A stretch of DNA of 15,670 bases, taken from contig JAXDQU010000063.1 of assembly GCA_034667685.1 (NCBI GenBank), forward strand, positions 1 to 15,670. The letters are read 5' to 3'. A model generated the notes under the pieces. The model was not told the DNA's origin, searched no databases, and saw only the letters and a program-made list of their open reading frames with translations. Of this stretch, positions 1 through 7,131 are shown piece after piece. Numbering within the stretch: position 1 is the stretch's first letter; the number at the start of each line of letters is the position of its first letter. The DNA is from Thermoplasmata archaeon (lineage in GTDB: Archaea > Thermoplasmatota > SW-10-69-26 > JACQPN01 > JAJPHT01). Both the position numbers and the translations under genes were made by a program.

Positions 1-69
1 CGGGAACTCGGGAAGAAGGGGCCCTTCTTCCCGAGTTCCCGTCTTCCCTCGCTTCCCCTCTTCCCTCGC
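1..69. repeat. Perfect 20-bp inverted repeat (1-20/22-41, 1-nt spacer) followed by a direct repeat of TCTTCCCTCGC (42-52, 59-69); may extend left of the window
   Basis: CGGGAACTCGGGAAGAAGGG-G-CCCTTCTTCCCGAGTTCCCG read directly from the sequence; CTTCCC units recur with 8-9 nt period. Confidence 0.85.
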
Positions 70-88
70 GTTCCGACACGCCCCGTCA

Positions 89-112
89 GATGTGACCGAT
101 TCTGGACACATC
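89..112. promoter_or_regulatory. Putative operator: imperfect palindrome GATGTGACC-N6-GGACACATC upstream of the HMA-like gene
   Basis: 8 of the 9 outer positions pair; lies directly 5' of a TATA-like CTCAAG about 27 nt before ATG 147. Confidence 0.4.
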
Positions 113-146
113 GCTCAAGTCCTTGACGCAAGAGTGTAGGGTCGAG

Positions 147-359
147 ATGAAGCAGTTCGCGATCCACGTGGACACGCTCGCGTGCGAAGCCGACGAGTCC
201 GCGATGCTCGACGACCTCCTCGCCCACGAGGGCGTGCTGGCCGCGCAGATCGACCTTGAGCGCGAGACGCTCTCGCTCGCCTACGACGAGCAGAAGACGA
301 CGAAGACCGCGCTCCTCGACCACCTGCGCTTCTTCGGCCTTTCCCCCATGCGCGTCTAA
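147..359 (+). CDS. Small heavy-metal-associated (HMA/CopZ-like) domain protein, 70 aa, with degenerate metal motif
   Basis: HMA-like pattern (TLACEAD...EGVLAAQIDL...LAYDEQKTT...LLDHLRFFG); CxxD where MxCxxC is canonical; ATG 147 preferred over TTG 123. Confidence 0.7.
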   Translation: MKQFAIHVDTLACEADESAMLDDLLAHEGVLAAQIDLERETLSLAYDEQKTTKTALLDHLRFFGLSPMRV

Positions 360-440
360 GGGAACCGAGGGTTCGTCGTTCATCCGCCTCGTTGATCCGG
401 AACCTTCAAGCCCATCAAGCGCCCAGACTGGAGCGAGCTT

Positions 441-830
441 ATGGAATCGGTGGTCTGGACCGTCGACTGGAACCCCGAGTTCGCGGACGAGGCGCGCCTG
501 AAGCGCGAGATCCTCCGCGCGCTGAACGACGGCAAGACCATCGCCACCATCCGCCGCTTCGCCGAGCAGGCCGCGCGCGAGGCGAGCGAAGACTCGATGG
601 AGACCGAGCACATCGTCTGGCTCGACTCCAGCTACGAGCACGCCTTCTTCGTGCGCGTCTGGTACGAGCTCTCGGAGTCGAAGCTCTTCATCGTCGTGGA
701 GGAGAACGACCTGGGCGACATGGGTTTCCTCCTCTTCGAGAACATGGCCTGTGCCTCCTACGCGCAGGACAGCGACGACGTCCTGAAGGTCGAGCTGGCG
801 GACCCCGACGACCTCGGCGTCCCCCCGTAG
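441..830 (+). CDS. Acidic hypothetical protein, 129 aa
   Basis: ATG with GGAG about 7 nt upstream and AACCTTCAAG at 401-410; strong GC3 bias; normal globular composition, unlike the overlapping frames. Confidence 0.8.
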   Translation: MESVVWTVDWNPEFADEARLKREILRALNDGKTIATIRRFAEQAAREASEDSMETEHIVWLDSSYEHAFFVRVWYELSESKLFIVVEENDLGDMGFLLFENMACASYAQDSDDVLKVELADPDDLGVPP

Positions 831-871
831 CTTCTTGCACCCTCGCGCGCCTGGAGCCGCCGAGGCTTCCC

Positions 872-1174
872 ATGCGCACCATCCTCGTTCTTTGCGCGCT
901 CGCCACGCTCTCGCTGCCCGCGCTCGCCGACAACGGCCACTGCTGGACCACCTCGCCCGCGGACGACACGTGGACGGGGGCCGACGGCAGCACGTACTAC
1001 GTGGACCGCACGGACTGCAACGGCGCGCCCGTCTCGGTCACCGGCGGCTGCACGTTCTCGTTCTGGATCTACGAGGAGGCCAACGGGCTCCCCGGCCAGC
1101 AGCGCGGCGATCCGGACCACAACGACGTGGCCGCCTGCACCGACGGCACGCGCGCCGACACCGACGTCTTCTGA
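872..1174 (+). CDS. Small secreted protein, 100 aa, with Sec signal peptide and 4 Cys in the mature part
   Basis: MRTILVLCALATLSLPALA signal with an AxA site; mature region contains WIYEEANGLPGQQRGD; this is the real C-terminal part of track ORF 392..1174. Confidence 0.8.
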   Translation: MRTILVLCALATLSLPALADNGHCWTTSPADDTWTGADGSTYYVDRTDCNGAPVSVTGGCTFSFWIYEEANGLPGQQRGDPDHNDVAACTDGTRADTDVF

Positions 1175-1954
1175 TCAGCCGCCGACGGCCACGGCCACGC
1201 CGCGCTGGATCAGCACGTGCGCCACGTCCTTCGGAAGGGCCGCGACGTCCTCCGCGGCGAGGCTGTAATGGCGCAGGTCGGGCCCGACGAACGGGCCGAA
1301 GGCCGACGTGACGCGCACGAGCATCCTGGCCGCGCCGACGCGGCGCACGGGCTCCGGCTCGGCGGCGGCCGCCAGCGCCTCGGCCAGGGGCGGCTCCTCG
1401 CGCGCGGGCGCGGGTGGGGCCAGCGGCGCCTCGGCCACGGCTTCCGGCGGACGCTCGGCGAGCGTGCTCGCGGGCTGCGCCGAGACGGCGGGCGCGGGCG
1501 CCGGGTCGGGCGCCATGGGCGGGCCGGCGGGCGCGGGGCGCGGCGCCTCGACCGCGGGCGGCTGGCCGCGGCGCAGCAGGCTCCGGCGCGCCTCGCGCAG
1601 CGCGCGCAGCAGCTCGTCGAAGACGATCTCCTCCTCGCGGGTGAGGGTGGCCTTGTCGGCGTGGCCGCCGCGCGCGGCGATGAGGGCCGCCGTGACGATC
1701 TTGCGCTCGCGCAGGTCGTAGAGGTCGTCGCGCACGCTCTGGAGCTTCGCCAGCTCGTCCTGGAGGATCAGCACCTTGGGCGTCGCCGGGTTCGCGGCGT
1801 TCTCGCGCGCATACTCCTCCCGGAGAGCGCGCAGGTGGGCGTCGAACGCCTCGTAGAAGCCGTTGTCCATCTTGCCCAGCGCGGTGGTCGCGCGCTCGCG
1901 GCGCCAGCGGTTGACGAGCGAGGGGTACGTGAACTCCTCCTCGTCGAGCGCCAT
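1175..1954 (-). CDS. Archaeal DNA replication GINS complex subunit (GINS15/GINS51 type)
   Basis: Helical A-domain (WRRER...L..MDNGFY...LYDLRERKIV..A...LTREEEIVF), Pro/Ala linker, and C-terminal B-domain (LVRV...GPFVGPDLRHYSLAAEDVAALP..VA.VLI.RG.A). Confidence 0.85.
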   Translation of the reverse strand: MALDEEEFTYPSLVNRWRRERATTALGKMDNGFYEAFDAHLRALREEYARENAANPATPKVLILQDELAKLQSVRDDLYDLRERKIVTAALIAARGGHADKATLTREEEIVFDELLRALREARRSLLRRGQPPAVEAPRPAPAGPPMAPDPAPAPAVSAQPASTLAERPPEAVAEAPLAPPAPAREEPPLAEALAAAAEPEPVRRVGAARMLVRVTSAFGPFVGPDLRHYSLAAEDVAALPKDVAHVLIQRGVAVAVGG

Positions 1955-2118
1955 GCGCGGCCCAAACGGAGGCGGCTATTTGGCCCCTTCCCCCGAGCGG
2001 CGCGCGCCCCGGACGCGGGTCGGCTTCCGCTGGAGCGATCGGGGAGGGAGGCGCGAAAAGGGAGCGCCGCCCTGAACGTATCCGGTCCAGGCGTGGCGCC
2101 CGGCTCGGAAAGCTGTTT

Positions 2119-2814
2119 CTATCCTGCCACGACGCGCACGTGGAGCTTCGCCACGCCCGGGAGCGCGGCCTCCAGCGCGTCGCCCGGCTTGCATGCCGCG
2201 ACGCCCGCGGGCGTGCCCGTGGCGATCACGTCGCCCGGCTCCAGCGTCATGAAGCGCGAGACGTGGCGGAGAACCTTCGGCACGCCGTGGATCATCTCGC
2301 GCGTCGCGCTCTTCTGGCGCACCTCGCCGTTGACGCGCAGCTCGAGCGTCATCGCGTCCCACGCGGGCGCCTGCGCGGCGGGCACGACCTCGCTGATCGG
2401 GCCGAAGGTGTCCATGCCCTTCGCGAGCGTCCAGGGCGTGCCGCTCTTCTTGGCCTCCGCCTGCAGGTCGCGCGCGGTCATGTCGAGGAAGGCCGCGTAG
2501 CCCAGCACGGCGCCCATCGCCTCGGCGTCGCTCGTGGCGCGGCGCAGCGTCTTCCCGATCACGACCGCGAGCTCCGTCTCCCAGTGGACGTTCGCGACGC
2601 CCGGCGGGATCACGATCTCGCCCCCGTCGTGCACCAGACACGAGGCGGGCTTCAGGAAGATGACCGGGTCCTCCGGGGGGCGCTGGTCCCCGGCCGCGCC
2701 TGAGCCCATCGGACCGGCCATCTCCTTGCGGTGGTCCTCGTAGTTCTTGGCGACGGCGACGATCTTCCCGGCGGGGACCGGGCGCTGGCCGCGGATGCGC
2801 AGCTCGAAGGACAT
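2119..2814 (-). CDS. Fumarylacetoacetate (FAH) hydrolase family protein
   Basis: KIVAVAKNY.DH..EM, PVIFLKP, HWETELAVVIGK, DMTARDLQ, WTLAKGMDTFGP, TLEPGDVIATGTPAGV; ATG 2814 chosen as start. Confidence 0.93.
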   Translation of the reverse strand: MSFELRIRGQRPVPAGKIVAVAKNYEDHRKEMAGPMGSGAAGDQRPPEDPVIFLKPASCLVHDGGEIVIPPGVANVHWETELAVVIGKTLRRATSDAEAMGAVLGYAAFLDMTARDLQAEAKKSGTPWTLAKGMDTFGPISEVVPAAQAPAWDAMTLELRVNGEVRQKSATREMIHGVPKVLRHVSRFMTLEPGDVIATGTPAGVAACKPGDALEAALPGVAKLHVRVVAG

Positions 2815-2851
2815 GCTGCGGCCCAGCCGGCGCGCCACGAAAAGGATTTCT

Positions 2852-2942
2852 CCGGCTGGCGTTCCTTTCCCAACACCGAGAATCCCGGAATCCGCGGATG
2901 ACTCGGATGCGCGGTGTCAGGAAGGGAGCGTCACGAAGCCGG
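2852..2942. repeat. Long imperfect hairpin in the divergent FAH/MBL intergenic region
   Basis: 2857-2870 pairs with 2920-2933 (14 bp including 3 G-T); ACACCG/CGGTGT; CCGGC/GCCGG; central ATCCGCGGAT palindrome. Confidence 0.6.
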
Positions 2943-2989
2943 CAAGGCGGACCAGAAAGGCTGATCCCCCCGCAGGCCGGAGCAGGAGC

Positions 2990-3724
2990 GTGGACCTGCA
3001 CGTCCTGGGCAACAGCAGCCGCTACCTGGCGCCCCTGGGCGCGGGCACGAGCTACCTGCTCACGGAGGGCGACGCGCGCCTGCTGCTCGATTGCGGCAAC
3101 GGCACGCACCTGCGCCTCGCCCAGGTCCTCGAAGGCCGGCCGCTCGCGGGCGTCGTCGTGAGCCACTTCCACCTGGACAACGTCGCGGACCTGCTGCCCG
3201 TCGCGTTCTCGCTCTCACCCGGCACGCCGCTCGTGATCCCGCAGGGCGCGGAGGCGCGGCTCGCGGACATCCTGCGCGCCTACAGCATGGACCGCACGTG
3301 GATCCAGAACGCGCGCCTCGAAGGCGTCGGGCGCAAGTCCGCGCTGGAGATCGGCCCGTTCAAGCTATCATTCTGCAACGTGGGCCACGGCTGCCCCGCG
3401 GTGGGCGTGCGCGTCGAGACCACGGGCGGCGCGCTGGTCTACCTCGCGGACACCGGCCCGCGGCCGTGGTTCGCCGACTTCGCGCGGGGCGCGAGCGCGC
3501 TCCTTTGCCACACGATGCTCATGGACCGCGACGAGGGCGAGGGGCGCAAGACCAACCTCAGCGCGGGCGACGCGGGCCGGCTGGCGCGCAAGGCCGGCGT
3601 GGGCAAGCTCCTCCTCTCGCACGTCCCCTTCTACGGCAACGCCGAGGAGTCGCACGCCGAGGCCAAGGCGGCGTCGGGCGCGGAGGTCACGGTGCTGCGC
3701 GAGGGGCAGACGGTAGCGGTCTGA
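2990..3724 (+). CDS. Metallo-beta-lactamase-fold hydrolase (RNase Z/BN-like) with substituted catalytic motifs
   Basis: LHVLG, TSYLL, LLLDCGNG, SHFHLDN (canonical HxHxDH), VGHG, LVYLADT, LLLSH; GTG 2990 start inferred from where the fold begins. Confidence 0.85.
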   Translation: MDLHVLGNSSRYLAPLGAGTSYLLTEGDARLLLDCGNGTHLRLAQVLEGRPLAGVVVSHFHLDNVADLLPVAFSLSPGTPLVIPQGAEARLADILRAYSMDRTWIQNARLEGVGRKSALEIGPFKLSFCNVGHGCPAVGVRVETTGGALVYLADTGPRPWFADFARGASALLCHTMLMDRDEGEGRKTNLSAGDAGRLARKAGVGKLLLSHVPFYGNAEESHAEAKAASGAEVTVLREGQTVAV

Positions 3725-5012
3725 GCGCGCCGCGCCGCAGCACGAGGAACATCGCGACGTGGAGCGGCAGCTCCTGCTCGCCCGGGACGATGCTGCGCCC
3801 CACGCCCTTCAGGTTCACGTCGGCCGGCTTCGAGACAACGACGCTCACCGGCTCGTCGGAGAGCGCGACCGCGTCCCGCAGCGGGTCGAAGCGCTCGAAC
3901 TCGTCGATGCCCATCGGCGTCACGCGCAGGCCCGTCTTGCCGTGGAGCGAGCCGGGCAGGCGGATGAGACGCTTGATGTCGGCGGTGACGGGCTCGTCGG
4001 TCTCGCCCTCTGTTTTCACTTTGGCCTTCTCAATCAAGAAATCGACAACGGCCTGTCGTTGAAGTGCAGGAGGCAAGAAGATTCGTTCCGATAAGATTTG
4101 GTCATGGCGCGACCGGTTCACGACGTTGAATGGATCGTTCAACTGGATGGCATCCGACTTGCCTGTTCTCAGGAGCTTGATCTTCTCCGGCGTCGCCCAG
4201 TCGAGTAGGCGTGCCGCTGTCGCTTCGCCGATCCCCTTGTGCGACTGTAGTTCCATCATCGCAGCCGGCCTGGGCATTTGGGCGAGCTCATCGAGGTAAT
4301 CTATGATACCCCGCGTCAGCCGCCCCATCCAACCTGGAGCGGTGGAGGGCGGCACATACTTCTCCTTCGAGAGACGCCCGAAGCCGTCTCGGGTCACACT
4401 TCTCTCCACCGCCCAATGCTCGAACAGCCATTCGGCGACTTGCTCGTTCGGGCTCAGATAGTCCACAATCTCGCGGCGCTCGGAGCTCTCCAGCTTCCAG
4501 ACGCGGGGATCAGTGACGTGGAAGTGGTAGCCGCGGCCGCCGGAGAACACAATGTGGACGTGCTCGGGATCGAAGCCGAAGTCTCCCAGCAGGAACTTGC
4601 GCAGGAGCTTCTTGGCCTGAGCGTGCACTTCGCGCAGTTGCTCTTCATAGCTGAGCTTGTCCGCGTTGGGCAGGTGGTCCGCGTCGAGGTCGAAGATGAG
4701 GTCGGCGCCGCGCCAGGTCTTCTCCGCCATCGTGTGGGCGTCGGGTTTGTCGTAGTAGGCCGTACTGTAGTAGCAATGCCACGGGCCCCGCGCCAGGTGC
4801 GCGCGGAAGTCCGCAGCGCTGCGGATTCCGATGTGGCGAAAGAAGGGAGTGCGCTCGGGTGCGGGCCGCGGCGCCGGGATGAAGCCGAACTCACGGCGCA
4901 TGAAGCGACTCGGCAAGGGGGGAGGGCTCTCTGCATAGTAGCGCGCAAGCTCCGCCGTGACCCACGCGAGCGTCGCGTCGATCTGCTCCTGGGGAGGCGG
5001 GCCGCCGGCCAC
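3687..5012 (-). CDS. priS: DNA primase catalytic (small) subunit PriS
   Basis: REFGF, YYSTAYY, WRGADLIFDLDADHL (DxD), FSGGRGYHFHV, ERREIVDYL, DEPVTADIKRLIRLPGSLHGKTG; the 3' end overlaps the convergent MBL gene by 38 nt. Confidence 0.95.
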   Translation of the reverse strand: MAGGPPPQEQIDATLAWVTAELARYYAESPPPLPSRFMRREFGFIPAPRPAPERTPFFRHIGIRSAADFRAHLARGPWHCYYSTAYYDKPDAHTMAEKTWRGADLIFDLDADHLPNADKLSYEEQLREVHAQAKKLLRKFLLGDFGFDPEHVHIVFSGGRGYHFHVTDPRVWKLESSERREIVDYLSPNEQVAEWLFEHWAVERSVTRDGFGRLSKEKYVPPSTAPGWMGRLTRGIIDYLDELAQMPRPAAMMELQSHKGIGEATAARLLDWATPEKIKLLRTGKSDAIQLNDPFNVVNRSRHDQILSERIFLPPALQRQAVVDFLIEKAKVKTEGETDEPVTADIKRLIRLPGSLHGKTGLRVTPMGIDEFERFDPLRDAVALSDEPVSVVVSKPADVNLKGVGRSIVPGEQELPLHVAMFLVLRRGALRPLPSAPRAAP

Positions 5013-5113
5013 GGGCGCCCAGACACGCGCCGGGTCAAGAGCCTATCCGGGGGTGGGTGTCGATGCGCCGTCGCCTCCGCAGCCTTCAAGTGGCCCCAAT
5101 GGGTCGCCGGGGC

Positions 5114-5335
5114 GTGGGCGTCCTGGACGCGCTGCGCGAGAACGTGGCCACGCTCGTCCGGGGCGTCACGCTCCTCGTGGGCGGCCTCGCGCTGATCCTC
5201 GTGGGCACGCTCATCGGGCTGGGCAGCTCGAAGCTCGCCATGATGACCGCCGGCACGATCGCGTTCGCGGGGCTCTGCATCGCGTTCATGGGCTTCTTCC
5301 TCTACCTCCTGCCGCCGCTGCTTCCGCCCAAGTAG
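5114..5335 (+). CDS. Small two-helix membrane protein (alternative start ATG 5099)
   Basis: Two hydrophobic stretches; GC3 bias; AGCCTTCAAG TATA-like element ends 23 nt before GTG 5114. Confidence 0.7.
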   Translation: MGVLDALRENVATLVRGVTLLVGGLALILVGTLIGLGSSKLAMMTAGTIAFAGLCIAFMGFFLYLLPPLLPPK

Positions 5336-5377
5336 CGGCACACAAGCCTATGTAGGAGCCGCCGCCTCGCGCCCGAC

Positions 5378-6322
5378 GTGGACGCCCCCCGCGTCGTCGA
5401 CATCTTCGCCGGCTGCGGCGGCTTCGGCTTCGGCTTCGCCGAGCACGGCTTCCGCATCGGGCACGCGGTCGAGGCGTTCCGCACCTCGCTGGAGACGTAC
5501 GTCGCCAACGTGCCGGTGGACGAGCCGCGCCTGGGCGACGTGCGCGCGCAGCCCTACGCCAAGTTCGGGCGGCCTGATGTGCTGATCGGCGGCCCGCCTT
5601 GCGAGGCGTTCACCGTCGCCAACGCGGACCGGCGCAAGAACCCGCTCGACCGGCTCTACACCGATCCCGTCGGCTCGCTGACGCTCCAGTACGCGAAGGT
5701 CGTCAAGGAGCTCCAGCCGCGCGTCTTCGTCATGGAGAACGTGCCGCCCATCATGGATGGCCCGCTGGAGGCCGAGCTTCGCATGGTCTTCGCGCGCCAG
5801 GGCTATCCCGACATCCACTTCAACCGCCTGCAGGCCGAGGACTTCGGCACGCCGAGCCACCGCGATCGCGTGTTCATCAGCAACGTCGTGATCTCGCCCC
5901 CGAAGAGCGCGCGGCGCGTCACGGTCGAGGAGGCGATCGCCGACCTCCAGAGCCTCGACGTGGAGGTCCCGAACCACGAGGAGATCCCGATGCGCGGCAA
6001 GCGCGGGCAGCGCATGAAGGAGATGTCCGAGGGGGACAGCCTGTACCAGTACCGCGCCGCGGACGGGCGCATGCACGGCGCGTACACGCGGCTGCGCGCG
6101 AACGAATTGGCGCCCACGGTGAAGGGCCTGGGCCGCTTCATCCACCCCGTCGAGGATCGCCTGCTCACGGCGCGCGAGCACGCCCGCCTCATGGGCTACC
6201 CGGACGACTTCGTCTTCCACGGCTCGAAGAACGAGCAGCTCAACATGATCGGGGAATCGGTGCCGCCGCCGCTCTCGAAGGCGATCGCGGGCGAAGTGCG
6301 GGCCGCGCTCGATTCGTCGTGA
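5378..6322 (+). CDS. dcm: C5 cytosine-specific DNA methyltransferase (archaeal type, no adjacent restriction enzyme)
   Basis: Motif I DIFAGCGG, IV GGPPCEAF, VI VMENV, VIII PSHRDRVF, IX RLLTAREHARLMGYPDDF, X IGESVPP. Confidence 0.93.
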   Translation: MDAPRVVDIFAGCGGFGFGFAEHGFRIGHAVEAFRTSLETYVANVPVDEPRLGDVRAQPYAKFGRPDVLIGGPPCEAFTVANADRRKNPLDRLYTDPVGSLTLQYAKVVKELQPRVFVMENVPPIMDGPLEAELRMVFARQGYPDIHFNRLQAEDFGTPSHRDRVFISNVVISPPKSARRVTVEEAIADLQSLDVEVPNHEEIPMRGKRGQRMKEMSEGDSLYQYRAADGRMHGAYTRLRANELAPTVKGLGRFIHPVEDRLLTAREHARLMGYPDDFVFHGSKNEQLNMIGESVPPPLSKAIAGEVRAALDSS

Positions 6323-6326
6323 TCCG

Positions 6327-6439
6327 GCGCTCTGCGCGCTCCGCATGCGGAGCCGCGGTGCTCGCGGAGGCCGCGGAGTTTTCCGGACACCGCGTTCCCC
6401 GCGCTCTCCGCGTCTCCGCATGCGGAGCGCGCAGAGCGC
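6327..6439. repeat. 113-bp palindromic intergenic element (REP/MITE-like) between convergent genes; may also act as a terminator
   Basis: Perfect 26-bp inverted arms 6327-6352 and 6414-6439; inner 9-nt-periodic CGCGGWG x3 facing CHCCGCG x3. Confidence 0.85.
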
Positions 6440-7131
6440 TACTTGCGCCCGATCCGCACGATGATCAACGCGAGCGCGAAGAGCAACCCGCTCCCGAGGA
6501 ACAGGATGTAGACGCCGCCCGTCGCGGTGTTGCCGAGGATGCGCTGCGCCACGAAGATGAGCAGGCCCAGCGCGGCGACGCCGACCGCGAGGCCCCAGAC
6601 GCGCTGCTGGCCCAGGCCGCGCAGCCCGGCGACGACCGCGAGCGCCGCCTGACGTCCGGCCCCGCGCTTGTCGAGGTCGCGCGCGAGCTTCGCGCTCTCG
6701 ACCTCCAGGTGCACGAGCACGACGCCCGCGAGCGCCAGGAGCGAGCCGCCGGTGCCCAGGGGGCCCACGTCGGTGCCGGTGATGCTGCCGGGGTACGGGC
6801 CGATCCAGTGGACCGTGGCCTCCTCCAGGTGGAAGCCGATGATGAAGCCGATGACGCCCCAGAGCGCCCACGTGCGGTGGCTGGAGCGGCCGAAGGACGC
6901 ATAGCCGCCCAGCCAGAAGCCCGCGAGGAAGAGGATCGGCGCGCGCACGTCGGGGATCAGCTTGTAGGGGATCGGGCCGCTGAACTTGCTGAAGATGAAC
7001 GAGCCGTACGCGGTGAACGTGACGCCGAGCCCCACGAGGCTCGCGTAGAGCAGCCGGCGCGAGACGCTGCCCGGGGGCAGGGCGCGCAGCGCGTCGAGCT
7101 TGTCGTCGACGTAGCCGATGCCCGTGGCTAT
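6439..7131 (-). CDS. Multi-pass membrane protein (about 230 aa), last gene of the MoxR operon; probable ATA start
   Basis: About 6 hydrophobic segments; no in-frame ATG in this region; ATA overlaps the upstream TAG (ATAG) and lies 5 nt after GGGGGTG; this is the real part of track ORF 6439..8364. Confidence 0.75.
   Translation of the reverse strand: MATGIGYVDDKLDALRALPPGSVSRRLLYASLVGLGVTFTAYGSFIFSKFSGPIPYKLIPDVRAPILFLAGFWLGGYASFGRSSHRTWALWGVIGFIIGFHLEEATVHWIGPYPGSITGTDVGPLGTGGSLLALAGVVLVHLEVESAKLARDLDKRGAGRQAALAVVAGLRGLGQQRVWGLAVGVAALGLLIFVAQRILGNTATGGVYILFLGSGLLFALALIIVRIGRK

Noticed and set aside
1172-1177. Back-to-back stop codons TGATCA of convergent genes
   Set aside because: Reflects compact gene packing; no further evidence of function.
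1350-1570. Pro/Ala-rich low-complexity segment in GINS
   Set aside because: A flexible linker between the A and B domains is an expected feature of archaeal GINS51.
1955-2118. Possible ncRNA (tRNA, SRP, RNase P) in the GINS-FAH intergenic region
   Set aside because: Only weak GC-rich pairing (about 1986-1996 with 2039-2048); no recognisable conserved RNA motifs.
4010-4200. Intein or intron in priS
   Set aside because: The frame is continuous, there is no C/S...HN-C/S/T splice signature or LAGLIDADG motif, and the segment is too short.
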